A program made the translations under genes and the position numbers. 64,000 bases of DNA from Eledone cirrhosa (lineage: Eukaryota): assembly GCA_964016885.1 (NCBI GenBank), contig OZ024743.1, positions 90,334,001 through 90,398,000 of the forward strand, read 5' to 3'. Numbering within the stretch: the stretch's first letter is position 1; each line of letters starts with the position of its first letter. Below, in pieces: positions 33,401-50,100 of this stretch. The notes beneath the pieces are model-generated. The model searched no databases and had not been told where the DNA came from. It saw only the letters and a program-made list of their open reading frames with translations.

Positions 33401-36400
33401 CTATACAGTCAACATCTACACACTGTGTCTATCTATACAGTCAACATCTACACACTGTATCTATAGTCAACATCTACACACTATCTATACAGTCAAAATC
33501 TACACACTGTATCTCTCTATATAGTCAACATCTACACACTGTATCTATATAGTCAACATCTACACATTGTATCCATCTATACAGTCAACATCTACACACT
33601 GTATCTATATAGTCAACATCTACACACTGTATCTATACAGTCAACATCTACACACTGTATCTATCTATACAGTCAACATCTATACACTGTATCTATATAG
33701 TCAACATCTACACACTGTATCTATATAGTCAACATCTACACACTGTATCTATCTATAAAGTCAACATCTACACACTGTATCTATCTATAAAGTCAACATC
33801 TACACACTGTATCTATCTATATAGTCAACATCTACACACTGTATCTATATAGTCAACATCTACACACTGTATCTATATAGTCAACATCTACACACTGTAT
33901 CTATATAGTCAACATCTACACACTGTATCTATATAGTCAACATCTACACACTGTATCTATACAGTCAACATCTACACGCTGTATCTATCTATACAGTCAA
34001 TATCTATACACTGTATCTATATAGTCAACATCTACACACTGTATCTATACAGTCAACATCTACACACTGTATCTATCTATATAGTCAACATCTACACACT
34101 GTATCTATATAGTCAACATCTACACACTGTATCTATATAGTCAACATCTACACACTGCATCTATATAGTCAACATCTACACACTGTATCTATATAGTCAA
34201 CATATACACACTGTATCTATATAGTCAACATCTACACACTGTATCTATACAGTCAACATCTACACGCTGTATCTATCTATACAGTCAACATCTATACACT
34301 GTATCTATATAGGCAACATCTACACACTGTATCTATACAGTCAACATCTACACACTGTATCTATACAGTCAACATCTACACACTATCTATACAGTCAAAA
34401 TCTACACACTGTATCTCTCTATATAGTCAACATCTACACACTGTATCTATATAGTCAACATCTACAAATTGTATCTATCTATACAGTCAACATCTACACA
34501 CTGTATCTATATAGTCAACATCTACACACTGTATCTATACAGTCAACATCTACACACTGTATCTATCTATACAGTCAACATCTATACACTGTATCTATAT
34601 AGTCAACATCTACACACTGTATCTATATAGTCAACATCTACACACTGTATCTATCTATAAAGTCAACATCTACACACTGTATCTATCTATATAGTCAACA
34701 TCTACACACTGTATCTATATCGTCAACATCTACACACTGTATCTATATAGTCAACATCTACACACTGTATCTATATAGTCAACGTCTACACACTGTATCT
34801 ATATAGTCAACATCTACACACTGTATCTATACGGTCAACATCTACACACTGTATCTATCTATACAGTCAACATCTATACACTGTATCTATATAGGCAACA
34901 TCTACACACTGTATCTATACAGTCAACATCTACACACTGTACCTATACAGTCAACATCTACACACCGTATCTATCTATATAGTCAACATCTACACACTGT
35001 ATCTATCTATACAGTCAACATCTACACACTGTATCTATCTATACAGTCAACATCTACACACTGTATCTATATAGTCAACATCTACACACTGTATCTATAT
35101 ATATAGTCAACATCTACACACTGTATCTATATAGTCAACATCTACACACTGTATCTATATATATAGTCAACATCTACACACTGTATCTATATATATAGTC
35201 AACATCTACACACTGTATCTATCTATACAGTCAACAACTACACACTGTATCTATCTATACAGTCAACATCTACACACTGTATCTATATATATATAGTCAA
35301 CATCTACACACTGTATCTTTCTATACAGTCAACATCTACACACTGTATCTATACAGTCAACATCTACACACTGTATATATCTATACAGTCAACATCTACA
35401 CACTGTGTCTATCTATACAGTCAACATCTACACACTGTATATATACAGTCAACATCTACACACTGTATCTATATAGTCAACATCTACACACTGTATCTAT
35501 ACAGTCAACATCTACACACTGTATCTATCTATACAGTCAACATCTACACAGGGTATCTATATAGTCAACACCTACACACTGTATCTATCTATACAGTCAA
35601 CATCTACACACTATATCTATATAGTCAACATCTACACACTGTATCTATCTATACTGTCAACATCTACACACTGTATCTATCTATACAGTCAACATCTACA
35701 CACTGTGTCTATCTATACAGTCAACATCTACACACTGTATCTATACAGTCAACATCTACACACTATCTATACAGTCAAAATCTACACACTGTATCTCTCT
35801 ATATAGTCAACATCTACACACTGTATCTATATAGTCAACATCTACACTTTGTATCTATCTATACAGTCAACATCTACACACTGTATCTATATAGTCAACA
35901 TCTACACACTGTATCTATACAGTCAACATCTACACACTGTATCTATCTATACAGTCAACATCTATACACTGTATCTATATAGTCAACATCTACACACTGT
36001 ATCTATATAGTCAACATCTACACACTGTATCTATCTATAAAGTCAACATCTACACACTGTATCTATCTATAAAGTCAACATCTACACACTGTATCTATCT
36101 ATATAGTCAACATCTACACACTGTATCTATATAGTCACCATCTACACACTGTATCTATATAGTCAACATCTACACACTGTATCTATATAGTCAACATCTA
36201 CACACTGTATCTATACAGTCAACATCTACACGCTGTATCTATCTATACAGTCAATATCTATACACTGTATCTATATAGTCAACATCTACACACTGTATCT
36301 ATCTATACAGTCAACATCTATACACTGTATCTATATAGGCAACATCTACACACTGTATCTATACAGTCAACATCTACACACTGTATCTATACAGTCAAAA

Positions 36401-39400
36401 TCTACACACTGTATCTATCTATATAGTCAACATCTACACACTGTATCTATATAGTCAACATCTACACACTGTATCTATATAGTCAACATCTACACACTGC
36501 ATCTATATAGTCAACATCTACACACTGTATCTATATAGTCAACATCTACACACTGTATCTATATAGTCAACATCTACACACTGTATCTATACAGTCAACA
36601 TCTACACGCTGTATCTATCTATACAGTCAATATCTATACACTCTATCTATATAGTCAACATCTACACACTGTATCTATCTATACAGTCAACATCTATACA
36701 CTGTATCTATATAGGCAACATCTACACACTGTATCTATACAGTCAACATCTACACACTGTATCTATACAGTCAACATCTACACACTATCTATACAGTCAA
36801 AATCTACACACTGTATCTCTCTATATAGTCAACATCTACACACTTTATCTATATAGTCAACATCTACAAATTGCATCTATCTATACAGTCAATATCTACA
36901 CACTGTATCTATACAGTCAACATCTACACACTGTATCTATACAGTCAACATCTACACACTGTATCTATCTATACAGTCAACATCTATACACTGTATCTAT
37001 ATAGTCAACATCTACACACTGTATCTATATAGTCAACATCTACACACTGTATCTATCTATAAAGTCAACATCTACACACTGTATCTATCTATAAAGTCAA
37101 CATCTACACACTGTATCTATCTATATAGTCAACATCTACACACTGTATCTATATCGTCAACATCTACACACTGTATCTATATAGTCAAGATCTACACACT
37201 GTATCTATATAGTCAACATCTACACACTGTATCTATATAGTCAACATCTACACACTGTATCTATATAGTCAACATCTACACACTGTATCTATATAGTCAA
37301 CATCTACACACTGTATCTATACAGTCAACATCTACACGCTGTATCTATCTATACAGTCAATATCTATACACTGTATCTATATAGTCAACATCTACACACT
37401 GTATCTATCTATACAGTCAACATCTATACACTGTATCTATATAGGCAACATCTACACACTGTATCTATACAGTCAACATCTACACACTGTATCTATACAG
37501 TCAACATCTACACACTGTATCTATCTATATAGTCATCATCTACACACTGTATCTATATAGTCAACATCTACACACTGTATCTATATAGTCAACATCTACA
37601 CACTGTATCTATATAGTCAACATCTACACACTGTATCTATATAGTCAACATCTACACACTGTATCTATATATTCAACATCTACACACTGTATCTATACAG
37701 TCAACATCTACACGCTGTATCTATCTATACAGTCAATATCTATACACTGTATCTATATAGTCAACATTTACACACTGTATCTATCTATACAGTCAACATC
37801 TATACACTGTATCTATATAGGCAACATCTACACACTGTATCTATACAGTCAACATCTACACACTGTATCTATCTATATAGTCAACATCTACACACTGTAT
37901 CTATACAATCAACATCTACACACTGTATCTATCTATATAGTCAACATCTACACACTGTATCTATCTATATAGTCAACATCTACACACTGTATCTATATAG
38001 TCAACATCTACACACTGTATCTATCTATACAGTCAACATCTATACACCGTATCTATATAGGCAACATCTACACACTGTATCTATACAGTCAACATCTACA
38101 CACTGTATCTATACAGTCAACATCTACACACTGTATCTATCTATATAGTCAACATTTACACACTGTATCTATATAGTCAACATCTACACACTGTATCTAT
38201 ACAGTCAACATCTACACACTGTATTTATATAGTCAACATCTACACACTGTATCTATCTATACAGTCAACATGTACACACTGTATCTATACAGTCAACATC
38301 TATACACTGTATCTATCTATACAGTCGACATCTACACACTGTATCTATCTATATAGTCAACATCTACACACTGTATCTATATAGTCAACATCTACACACT
38401 GTATCTATATAGTCAACATCTACACACTGTATCTATATAGTCAACATCTACACACTGTATCTATATAGTCAACATCTCCACACTGTATCTATACAGTCAA
38501 CATCTACACACTGTATCTATACAGTCAACATCTACACACTGAATCTATCTATACAGTCAACATGGACACACTGTATCTATCTATATAGTCAACATCTACA
38601 CATTGTATCTATATAGTCAACATCTACACACTGTATCTATACAGTCAACATCTACACACTGTATCTATACAGTCAACATCTACACACTGTATCTATACAG
38701 TCAACATCTACACACTGTATCTATCTATACACTCAACATCTACACACTGTATCTATATAGTCAACATCTACACACTGTATCTATGTATAGAGTCAACATC
38801 TACACACTGTATCTATCTATACAGTCAACATCTACACACTGTATCTATATAGTCAACATCTACACACTGTATCTATACAGTCAACATCTACACACTGTAT
38901 CTATCTATACAGTCAACATCTATACACTGTATCTATATAGTCAACATCTACACACTGTATCTATATAGTCAACATCTACACACTGTATCTATCTATAAAG
39001 TCAACATCTACACACTGTATCTATCTATAAAGGCAACATCTACACACCGTATCTATCTATATAGTCAACATCTACACACTGTATCTATATAGTCAACATC
39101 TACACACTGTATCTATATAGTCAACATCTACACACTGTATCTATATAGTCAACATCTACACACTGTATCTATATATTCAACATCTACACACTGTATCTAT
39201 ATAGTCAACATCTACACACTGTATCTATACAGTCAACATCTACACGCTGAATCTATCTATACAGTCAATATCTATACACTGTATCTATCTATACAGTCAA
39301 CATCTATACACTGTCTCTATATAGGCAACATCTACACACTGTATCTATACAGTCAACATCTACACACTGTATCTATACAGTCAACATCTACACACTGTAT

Positions 39401-40200
39401 CTATCTATATAGTCAACATCTACACACTGTATCTATATAGTCAACATCTACACACTGTATCTATATAGTCAACATCTACACACTGTATCTATATAGTCAA
39501 CATCTACACACTGTATCTATGTAGTCAACATCTACACACTGTATCTATATAGTCAACATCTACACACTGTATCTATACAGTCAACATCTACATGCTGTAT
39601 CTATCTATACAGTCAATATATATACACTGTATCTATATAGTCAACATCTACACACTGTATCTATCTATACAGTCAACATCTATACACTGTATCTATATAG
39701 GCAACATCTACACACTGTATCTATACAGTCAACATCTACACACTGTATCTATACAGTCAACATCTACACACTGTATCTATCTATATAGTCAACATCTACA
39801 CACTGTATCTATATAGTCAACATCTACACACTGTATCTATATAGTCAACATCTACACACTGTATCTATCTATATAGTCAACATCTACACTGTATCTATAC
39901 AGTCAACATCTACACACTGTATCTATACAGTCAACATCTACACACTGTATTTATATAGTCAACATCTACACACTGTATCTATCTATACAGTCAACATCTA
40001 CACACTGTATCTATACAGTCAACATCTACACACTGTATCTATATAGTCAACATCTACACACTGTATCTATATAGTCAACATCTACACACTGTATCTATAT
40101 AGTCAACATCTACACACTGTATCTATATAGTCAACATCTACACGCTGTATCTATCTATACAGTCAATATCTATACACTGTATCTATATAGTCAACATCTA
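24460..40200. repeat. Tandem higher-order duplication with a unit of about 7.9 kb (offset 7880, then 7980)
   Basis: GTAACTATC at 24491/32371 (+7880), GGG at 27571/35551 and GTCGAC at 30344/38324 (+7980). Matching ORF pairs are 25027/32907, 30623/38603 and 31612/39592. Confidence 0.93.
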
Positions 40201-43200
40201 CACACTGTATCTATCTATACAGTCAACATCTACACACTGTATCTATATAGTCAACATCTACACACTGTATCTATATATATAGTCAACATCTACACACTGT
40301 ATCTATATAGTCAACATCTACACACTGTATCTATATATATAGTCAACATCTACACACTGTATCTATATATATAGTCAACATCTACACACTGTATCTATCT
40401 ATACAGTCAACAACTACACACTGTATCTATCTATACAGTCAACATCTACACACTGTATCTATATATATATAGTCAACATCTACACACTGTATCTTTCTAT
40501 ACAGTCAACATCTACACACTGTATCTATACAGTCAACATCTACACACTGTATATATCTATACAGTCAACATCTACACACTGTGTCTATCTATACAGTCAA
40601 CATCTACACACTGTATATATACAGTCAACATCTACACACTGTATCTATATAGTCAACATCTACACACTGTATCTATACAGTCAACATCTACACACTGTAT
40701 CTATACAGTCAACATCTACACACTGTATCTATCTATACAGTCAACATCTACACAGGGTATCTATATAGTCAACACCTACACACTGTATCTATCTATACAG
40801 TCAACATCTACACACTATATCTATATAGTCAACATCTACACACTGTATCTATCTATACTGTCAACATCTACACACTGTATCTATCTATACAGTCAACATC
40901 TACACACTGTGTCTATCTATACAGTCAACATCTACACACTGTATCTATACAGTCAACATCTACACACTATCTATACAGTCAAAATCTACACACTGTATCT
41001 CTCTATATAGTCAACATCTACACACTGTATCTATATAGTCAACATCTACACTTTGTATCTATCTATACAGTCAACATCTACACACTGTATCTATATAGTC
41101 AACATCTACACACTGTATCTATACAGTCAACATCTACACACTGTATCTATCTATACAGTCAACATCTATACACTGTATCTATATAGTCAACATCTACACA
41201 CTGTATCTATATAGTCAACATCTACACACTGTATCTATCTATAAAGTCAACATCTACACACTGTATCTATCTATAAAGTCAACATCTACACACTGTATCT
41301 ATCTATATAGTCAACATCTACACACTGTATCTATATAGTCACCATCTACACACTGTATCTATATAGTCAACATCTACACACTGTATCTATATAGTCAACA
41401 TCTACACACTGTATCTATACAGTCAACATCTACACGCTGTATCTATCTATACAGTCAATATCTATACACTGTATCTATATAGTCAACATCTACACACTGT
41501 ATCTATCTATACAGTCAACATCTATACACTGTATCTATATAGGCAACATCTACACACTGTATCTATACAGTCAACATCTACACACTGTATCTATACAGTC
41601 AAAATCTACACACTGTATCTATCTATATAGTCAACATCTACACACTGTATCTATATAGTCAACATCTACACACTGTATCTATATAGTCAACATCTACACA
41701 CTGCATCTATATAGTCAACATCTACACACTGTATCTATATAGTCAACATCTACACACTGTATCTATATAGTCAACATCTACACACTGTATCTATACAGTC
41801 AACATCTACACGCTGTATCTATCTATACAGTCAATATCTATACACTCTATCTATATAGTCAACATCTACACACTGTATCTATCTATACAGTCAACATCTA
41901 TACACTGTATCTATATAGGCAACATCTACACACTGTATCTATACAGTCAACATCTACACACTGTATCTATACAGTCAACATCTACACACTATCTATACAG
42001 TCAAAATCTACACACTGTATCTCTCTATATAGTCAACATCTACACACTTTATCTATATAGTCAACATCTACAAATTGCATCTATCTATACAGTCAATATC
42101 TACACACTGTATCTATACAGTCAACATCTACACACTGTATCTATACAGTCAACATCTACACACTGTATCTATCTATACAGTCAACATCTATACACTGTAT
42201 CTATATAGTCAACATCTACACACTGTATCTATATAGTCAACATCTACACACTGTATCTATCTATAAAGTCAACATCTACACACTGTATCTATCTATAAAG
42301 TCAACATCTACACACTGTATCTATCTATATAGTCAACATCTACACACTGTATCTATATCGTCAACATCTACACACTGTATCTATATAGTCAAGATCTACA
42401 CACTGTATCTATATAGTCAACATCTACACACTGTATCTATATAGTCAACATCTACACACTGTATCTATATAGTCAACATCTACACACTGTATCTATATAG
42501 TCAACATCTACACACTGTATCTATACAGTCAACATCTACACGCTGTATCTATCTATACAGTCAATATCTATACACTGTATCTATATAGTCAACATCTACA
42601 CACTGTATCTATCTATACAGTCAACATCTATACACTGTATCTATATAGGCAACATCTACACACTGTATCTATACAGTCAACATCTACACACTGTATCTAT
42701 ACAGTCAACATCTACACACTGTATCTATCTATATAGTCATCATCTACACACTGTATCTATATAGTCAACATCTACACACTGTATCTATATAGTCAACATC
42801 TACACACTGTATCTATATAGTCAACATCTACACACTGTATCTATATAGTCAACATCTACACACTGTATCTATATATTCAACATCTACACACTGTATCTAT
42901 ACAGTCAACATCTACACGCTGTATCTATCTATACAGTCAATATCTATATAGTCAACATCTACACACTGTATCTATCTATACAGTCAACATCTATACACTG
43001 TATCTATATAGGCAACATCTACACACTGTATCTATACAGTCAACATCTACACACTGTATCTATCTATATAGTCAACATCTACACACTGTATCTATACAAT
43101 CAACATCTACACACTGTATCTATCTATATAGTCAACATCTACACACTGTATCTATCTATATAGTCAACATCTACACACTGTATCTATATAGTCAACATCT

Positions 43201-45440
43201 ACACACTGTATCTATCTATACAGTCAACATCTATACACTGTATCTATATAGGCAACATCTACACACTGTATCTATACAGTCAACATCTACACACTGTATC
43301 TATACAGTCAACATCTACACACTGTATCTATCTATATAGTCAACATTTACACACTGTATTTATATAGTCAACATCTACACACTGTATCTATACAGTCAAC
43401 ATCTACACACTGTATTTATATAGTCAACATCTACACACTGTATCTATCTATACAGTCAACATGTACACACTGTATCTATACAGTCAACATCTATACACTG
43501 TATCTATCTATACAGTCGACATCTACACACTGTATCTATCTATATAGTCAACATCTACACACTGTATCTATATAGTCAACATCTACACACTGTATCTATA
43601 TAGTCAACATCTACACACTGTATCTATATAGTCAACATCTACACACTGTATCTATATAGTCAACATCTCCACACTGTATCTATACAGTCAACATCTACAC
43701 ACTGTATCTATACAGTCAACATCTACACACTGAATCTATCTATACAGTCAACATGGACACACTGTATCTATCTATATAGTCAACATCTACACATTGTATC
43801 TATATAGTCAACATCTACACACTGTATCTATACAGTCAACATCTACACACTGTATCTATACAGTCAACATCTACACACTGTATCTATACAGTCAACATCT
43901 ACACACTGTATCTATCTATACAGTCAACATCTACACACTGTATCTATATAGTCAACATCTACACCCTGTATCTATGTATAGAGTCAACATCTACACACTG
44001 TATCTATCTATACAGTCAACATCTACACACTGTATCTATATAGTCAACATCTACACACTGTATCTATACAGTCAACATCTACACACTGTATCTATCTATA
44101 CAGTCAACATCTATACACTGTATCTATATAGTCAACATCTACACACTGTATCTATATAGTCAACATCTACACACTGTATCTATCTATAAAGTCAACATCT
44201 ACACACTGTATCTATCTATAAAGGCAACATCTACACACCGTATCTATCTATATAGTCAACATCTACACACTGTATCTATATAGTCAACATCTACACACTG
44301 TATCTATATAGTCAACATCTACACACTGTATCTATATAGTCAACATCTACACACTGTATCTATATATTCAACATCTACACACTGTATCTATATAGTCAAC
44401 ATCTACACACTGTATCTATACAGTCAACATCTACACGCTGAATCTATCTATACAGTCAATATCTATACACTGTATCTATCTATACAGTCAACATCTATAC
44501 ACTGTATCTATATAGGCAACATCTACACACTGTATCTATACAGTCAACATCTACACACTGTATCTATACAGTCAACATCTACACACTGTATCTATCTATA
44601 TAGTCAACATCTACACACTGTATCTATATAGTCAACATCTACACACTGTATCTATATAGTCAACATCTACACACTGTATCTATATAGTCAACATCTACAC
44701 ACTGTATCTATGTAGTCAACATCTACACACTGTATCTATATAGTCAACATCTACACACTGTATCTATACAGTCAACATCTACATGCTGTATCTATCTATA
44801 CAGTCAATATATATACACTGTATCTATATAGTCAACATCTACACACTGTATCTATCTATACAGTCAACATCTATACACTGTATCTATATAGGCAACATCT
44901 ACACACTGTATCTATACAGTCAACATCTACACACTGTATCTATACAGTCAACATCTACACACTGTATCTATCTATATAGTCAACATCTACACACTGTATC
45001 TATATAGTCAACATCTACACACTGTATCTATATAGTCAACATCTACACACTGTATCTATATAGTCAACATCTACACACTGTATCTATCTATATAGTCAAC
45101 ATCTACACTGTATCTATACAGTCAACATCTACACACTGTATCTATACAGTCAACATCTACACACTGTATTTATATAGTCAACATCTACACACTGTATCTA
45201 TCTATACAGTCAACATCTACACACTGTATCTATACAGTCAACATCTACACACTGTATCTATATAGTCAACATCTACACACTGTATCTATATAGTCAACAT
45301 CTACACACTGTATCTATATAGTCAACATCTACACACTGTATCTATATAGTCAACATCTACACGCTGTATCTATCTATACAGTCAATATCTATACACTGTA
45401 TCTATATAGTCAACATCTACACACTGTATCTATCTATACA
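40200..45440. repeat. Third, partial copy (about 5.2 kb) of the distal part of the 7.9-kb unit
   Basis: CAACTAC at 35235/40411 (+5176), GGG at 35551/40755 (+5204), GTCGAC at 38324/43515 (+5191). ORF pairs 38603/43794 and 39592/44783 are also at +5191. Confidence 0.9.
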
Positions 45441-47129
45441 GTCAACATCTATACACTGTATCTATACAGTCAACATCGACACACTGTATCTATACAGTCA
45501 ACATCTACACACTGTATCTATACAGTCAACATCTACACACTGTATCTATATAGTCAACATCTACACACTGTATCTATATAGTCAACATCTACACACTGTA
45601 TCTATATAGTCAACATCTACACACTGTATCTATCTATACAGGCAACATCTACACACTGTATCTATACAGTCAACATCTACACACTGTATCTATACAGTCA
45701 ACATCTACACACTGTATCTATCTATATAGTCAACATCTACACACTGTATCTATATAGTCAACATCTACACACTGTATCTATATAGTCAACATCTACACAC
45801 TGTATCTATATAGTCTACATCTACACACTGTATCTATATAGTCAACATCTACACACTGTATCTATATAGTCAACATCTACACACTGTATCTATACAGTCA
45901 ACATCTACACGCTGTATCTATCTATACAGTCAATATCTATACACTGTATCTATATAGTCAACATCTACACACTGTATCTATCTATACAGTCAACATCTAT
46001 ACACTGTATCTATATAGGCAACATCTACACACTGTATCTATACAGTCAACATCTACACACTGTATCTATACAGTCAACATCTACACACTGTATCTATCTA
46101 TATAGTCAACATCTACACACTGTATCTATATAGTCAACATCTACACACTGTATCTATCTATACAGTCAACATCTACACACTATATCTATACAGTCAACAT
46201 CTACACACTGTATTTATATAGTCAACATCTACACACTGTATCTATCTATACAGTCAACATGTACACACTGTATCTATACAGTCAACATCTATACACTGTG
46301 ACTATCTATACAGTCAGCATCTACATACTTTCTCTATCTATATAGTCAACATCTACACACTGTATCTATCTATACAGTCAACATCTACACACTGTATCTA
46401 TATAGTCAACATCTACACACTGTATCTATATAGTCAACATCTACACACTGTATCTATCTATATAGTCAACATCTATACACTGTATTTATATAGTCAACAT
46501 CTACACACTGTATCTATACAGGCAACATCTACATACTGTATCTATCTATATAGTCAACATCTATACACTGTATTTATATAGTCAACATCTACACACTGTA
46601 TCTATCTATACTGTCAACATCTACACACTGTATCTATCTATACAGTCAAAATCTACACACTGTGTCTATCTATCCAGTCAACATCTACACACTGTATCAA
46701 TACAGTCAACATCGACACACTGTATCTAAACAGCCAACATCTACAGACTGTATCTATATAGTCAACATCTACACACTGTATCTATATATATAGTCAACAT
46801 CTACAAACTGAATCTATATAGTCAACATCTACACACGGTATCTATACAGTCAACATCTACACACTGTATCTATACAGTCAACATCTACACACTGTATCTA
46901 TACAGTCAACATCTACACACTCTATCTATATAGTCAACATCTACACACTGTATCTATATAGTCAACATCTACACACTGTATCTATATAGTCAACATCTAC
47001 ACACTGTATCTATCTATATAGTCAACATCTACACACTGTATCTATACAGTCAATATCTACACACTGTAACTATCTATATAGTCAACATCTACACACTGTA
47101 TCTATATAGTCAACATCTACACACTGTAT

Positions 47130-50100
47130 CTATATAGTCAACATCTACACACTGTATCTATATAGTCAACATCTACACACTGTATCTATATAGTCAACAT
47201 CTACACACTGTATCTATACGGTCAACATCTACACACTGTATCTATCTATACAGTCAACATCTATACACTGTATCTATATAGGCAACATCTACACACTGTA
47301 TCTATACAGTCAACATCTACACACTGTACCTATACAGTCAACATCTAAACACCGTATCTATCTATATAGTCAACATCTACACACTGTATCTATCTATACA
47401 GTCAACATCTACACACTGTATCTATCTATACAGTCAACATCTACACACTGTATCTATATAGTCAACATCTACACACTGAATCTATATATATAGTCAACAT
47501 CTACACACTGTATCTATATAGTCAACATCTACACACTGTATCTATATATATAGTCAACTTCTACACACTGTATCTATGTATATAGTCAACATCTACACAC
47601 TGTGTCTATCTATACAGTCAACAACTACACACTGTATCTATCTATACAGTCAACATCTACACACTGTATCTATATATATATAGTCAACATCTACACACTG
47701 TATCTTTCTATACAGTCAACATCTACACACTGTATCTATACAGTCAACATCTACACACTGTATATATCTATACAGTCAACATCTACACACTGTATATATA
47801 CAGTCAACATCTACACACTGTATCTATATAGTCAACATCTACACACTGTATCTATACAGTCAACATCTACACACTGTATCTATCTATACAGTCAACATCT
47901 ACACAGGGTATCTATATAGTCAACACCTACACACTGTATCTATCTATACAGTCAACATCTACACACTATATCTATATAGTCAACATCTACACACTGTATC
48001 TATCTATACTGTCAACATCTACACACTGTATCTATCTATACAGTCAACATCTACACACTGTGTCTATCTATACAGTCAACATCTACACACTGTATCTATA
48101 GTCAACATCTACACACTATCTATACAGTCAAAATCTACACACTGTATCTCTCTATATAGTCAACATCTACACACTGTATCTATATAGTCAACATCTACAC
48201 ATTGTATCTATCTATACAGTCAACATCTACACACTGTATCTATATAGTCAACATCTACACACTGTATCTATACAGTCAACATCTACACACTGTATCTATC
48301 TATACAGTCAACATCTATACACTGTATCTATATAGTCAACATCTACACACTGTATCTATATAGTCAACATCTACACACTGTATCTATCTATGAAGTCAAC
48401 ATCTACACACTGTATCTATCTATAAAGTCAACATCTACACACTGTATCTATCTATATAGTCAACATCTACACACTGTATCTATATAGTCAACATCTACAC
48501 ACTGTATCTATATAGTCAACATCTACACACTGTATCTATATAGTCAACATCTACACACTGTATCTATATAGTCAACATCTACACACTGTATCTATACAGT
48601 CAACATCTACACGCTGTATCTATCTATACAGTCAATATCTATACACTGTATCTATATAGTCAACATCTACACACTGTATCTATCTATACAGTCAACGTCT
48701 ATACACTGTATCTATATAGGCAACATCTACACACTGTATCTATACAGTCAACATCTACACACTGTATCTATACAGTCAACATCTACACACTGTATCTATC
48801 TATATAGTCAACATCTACACACTGTATCTATATAGTCAACATCTACACACTGTATCTATATAGTCAACATCTACACACTGCATCTATATAGTCAACATCT
48901 ACACACTGTATCTATATAGTCAATATATACACACTGTATCTATATAGTCAACATCTACACACTGTATCTATACAGTCAACATCTACACGCTGTATCTATA
49001 CAGTCAACATCTATACACTGTATCTATATAGGCAACATCTACACACTGTATCTATACAGTCAACATCTACACACTGTATCTATACAGTCAACATCTACAC
49101 ACTATCTATACAGTCAAAATCTACCCACTGTATCTCTCTATATAGTCAACATCTACACACTGTATCTATATAGTCAACATCTACAAATTGTATCTATCTA
49201 TACAGTCAACATCTACACACTGTATCTATATAGTCAACATCTACACACTGTATCTATACAGTCAACATCTACACACTGTATCTATCTATACAGTCAACAT
49301 CTATACACTGTATCTATATAGTCAACATCTACACACTGTATCTATATAGTCAACATCTACACACTGTATCTATCTATAAAGTCAACATCTACACACTGTA
49401 TCTATCTATATAGTCAACATCTACACACTGTATCTATATCGTCAACATCTACACACTGTATCTATATAGTCAACATCTACACACTGTATCTATATAGTCA
49501 ACATCTACACACTGTATCTATATAGTCAACATCTACACACTGTATCTATACGGTCAACATCTACACACTGTATCTATCTATACAGTCAACATCTATACAC
49601 TGTATCTATATAGGCAACATCTACACACTGTATCTATACAGTCAACATCTACACACTGTACCTATACAGTCAACATCTAAACACCGTATCTATCTATATA
49701 GTCAACATCTACACACTGTATCTATCTATACAGTCAACATCTACACACTGTATCTATCTATACAGTCAACATCTACACACTGTATCTATATAGTCAACAT
49801 CTACACACTGAATCTATATATATAGTCAACATCTACACACTGTATCTATATAGTCAACATCTACACACTGTATCTATATATATAGTCAACTTCTACACAC
49901 TGTATCTATGTATATAGTCAACATCTACACACTGTGTCTATCTATACAGTCAACAACTACACACTGTATCTATCTATACAGTCAACATCTACACACTGTA
50001 TCTATATATATATAGTCAACATCTACACACTGTATCTTTCTATACAGTCAACATCTACACACTGTATCTATACAGTCAACATCTACACACTGTATATATC

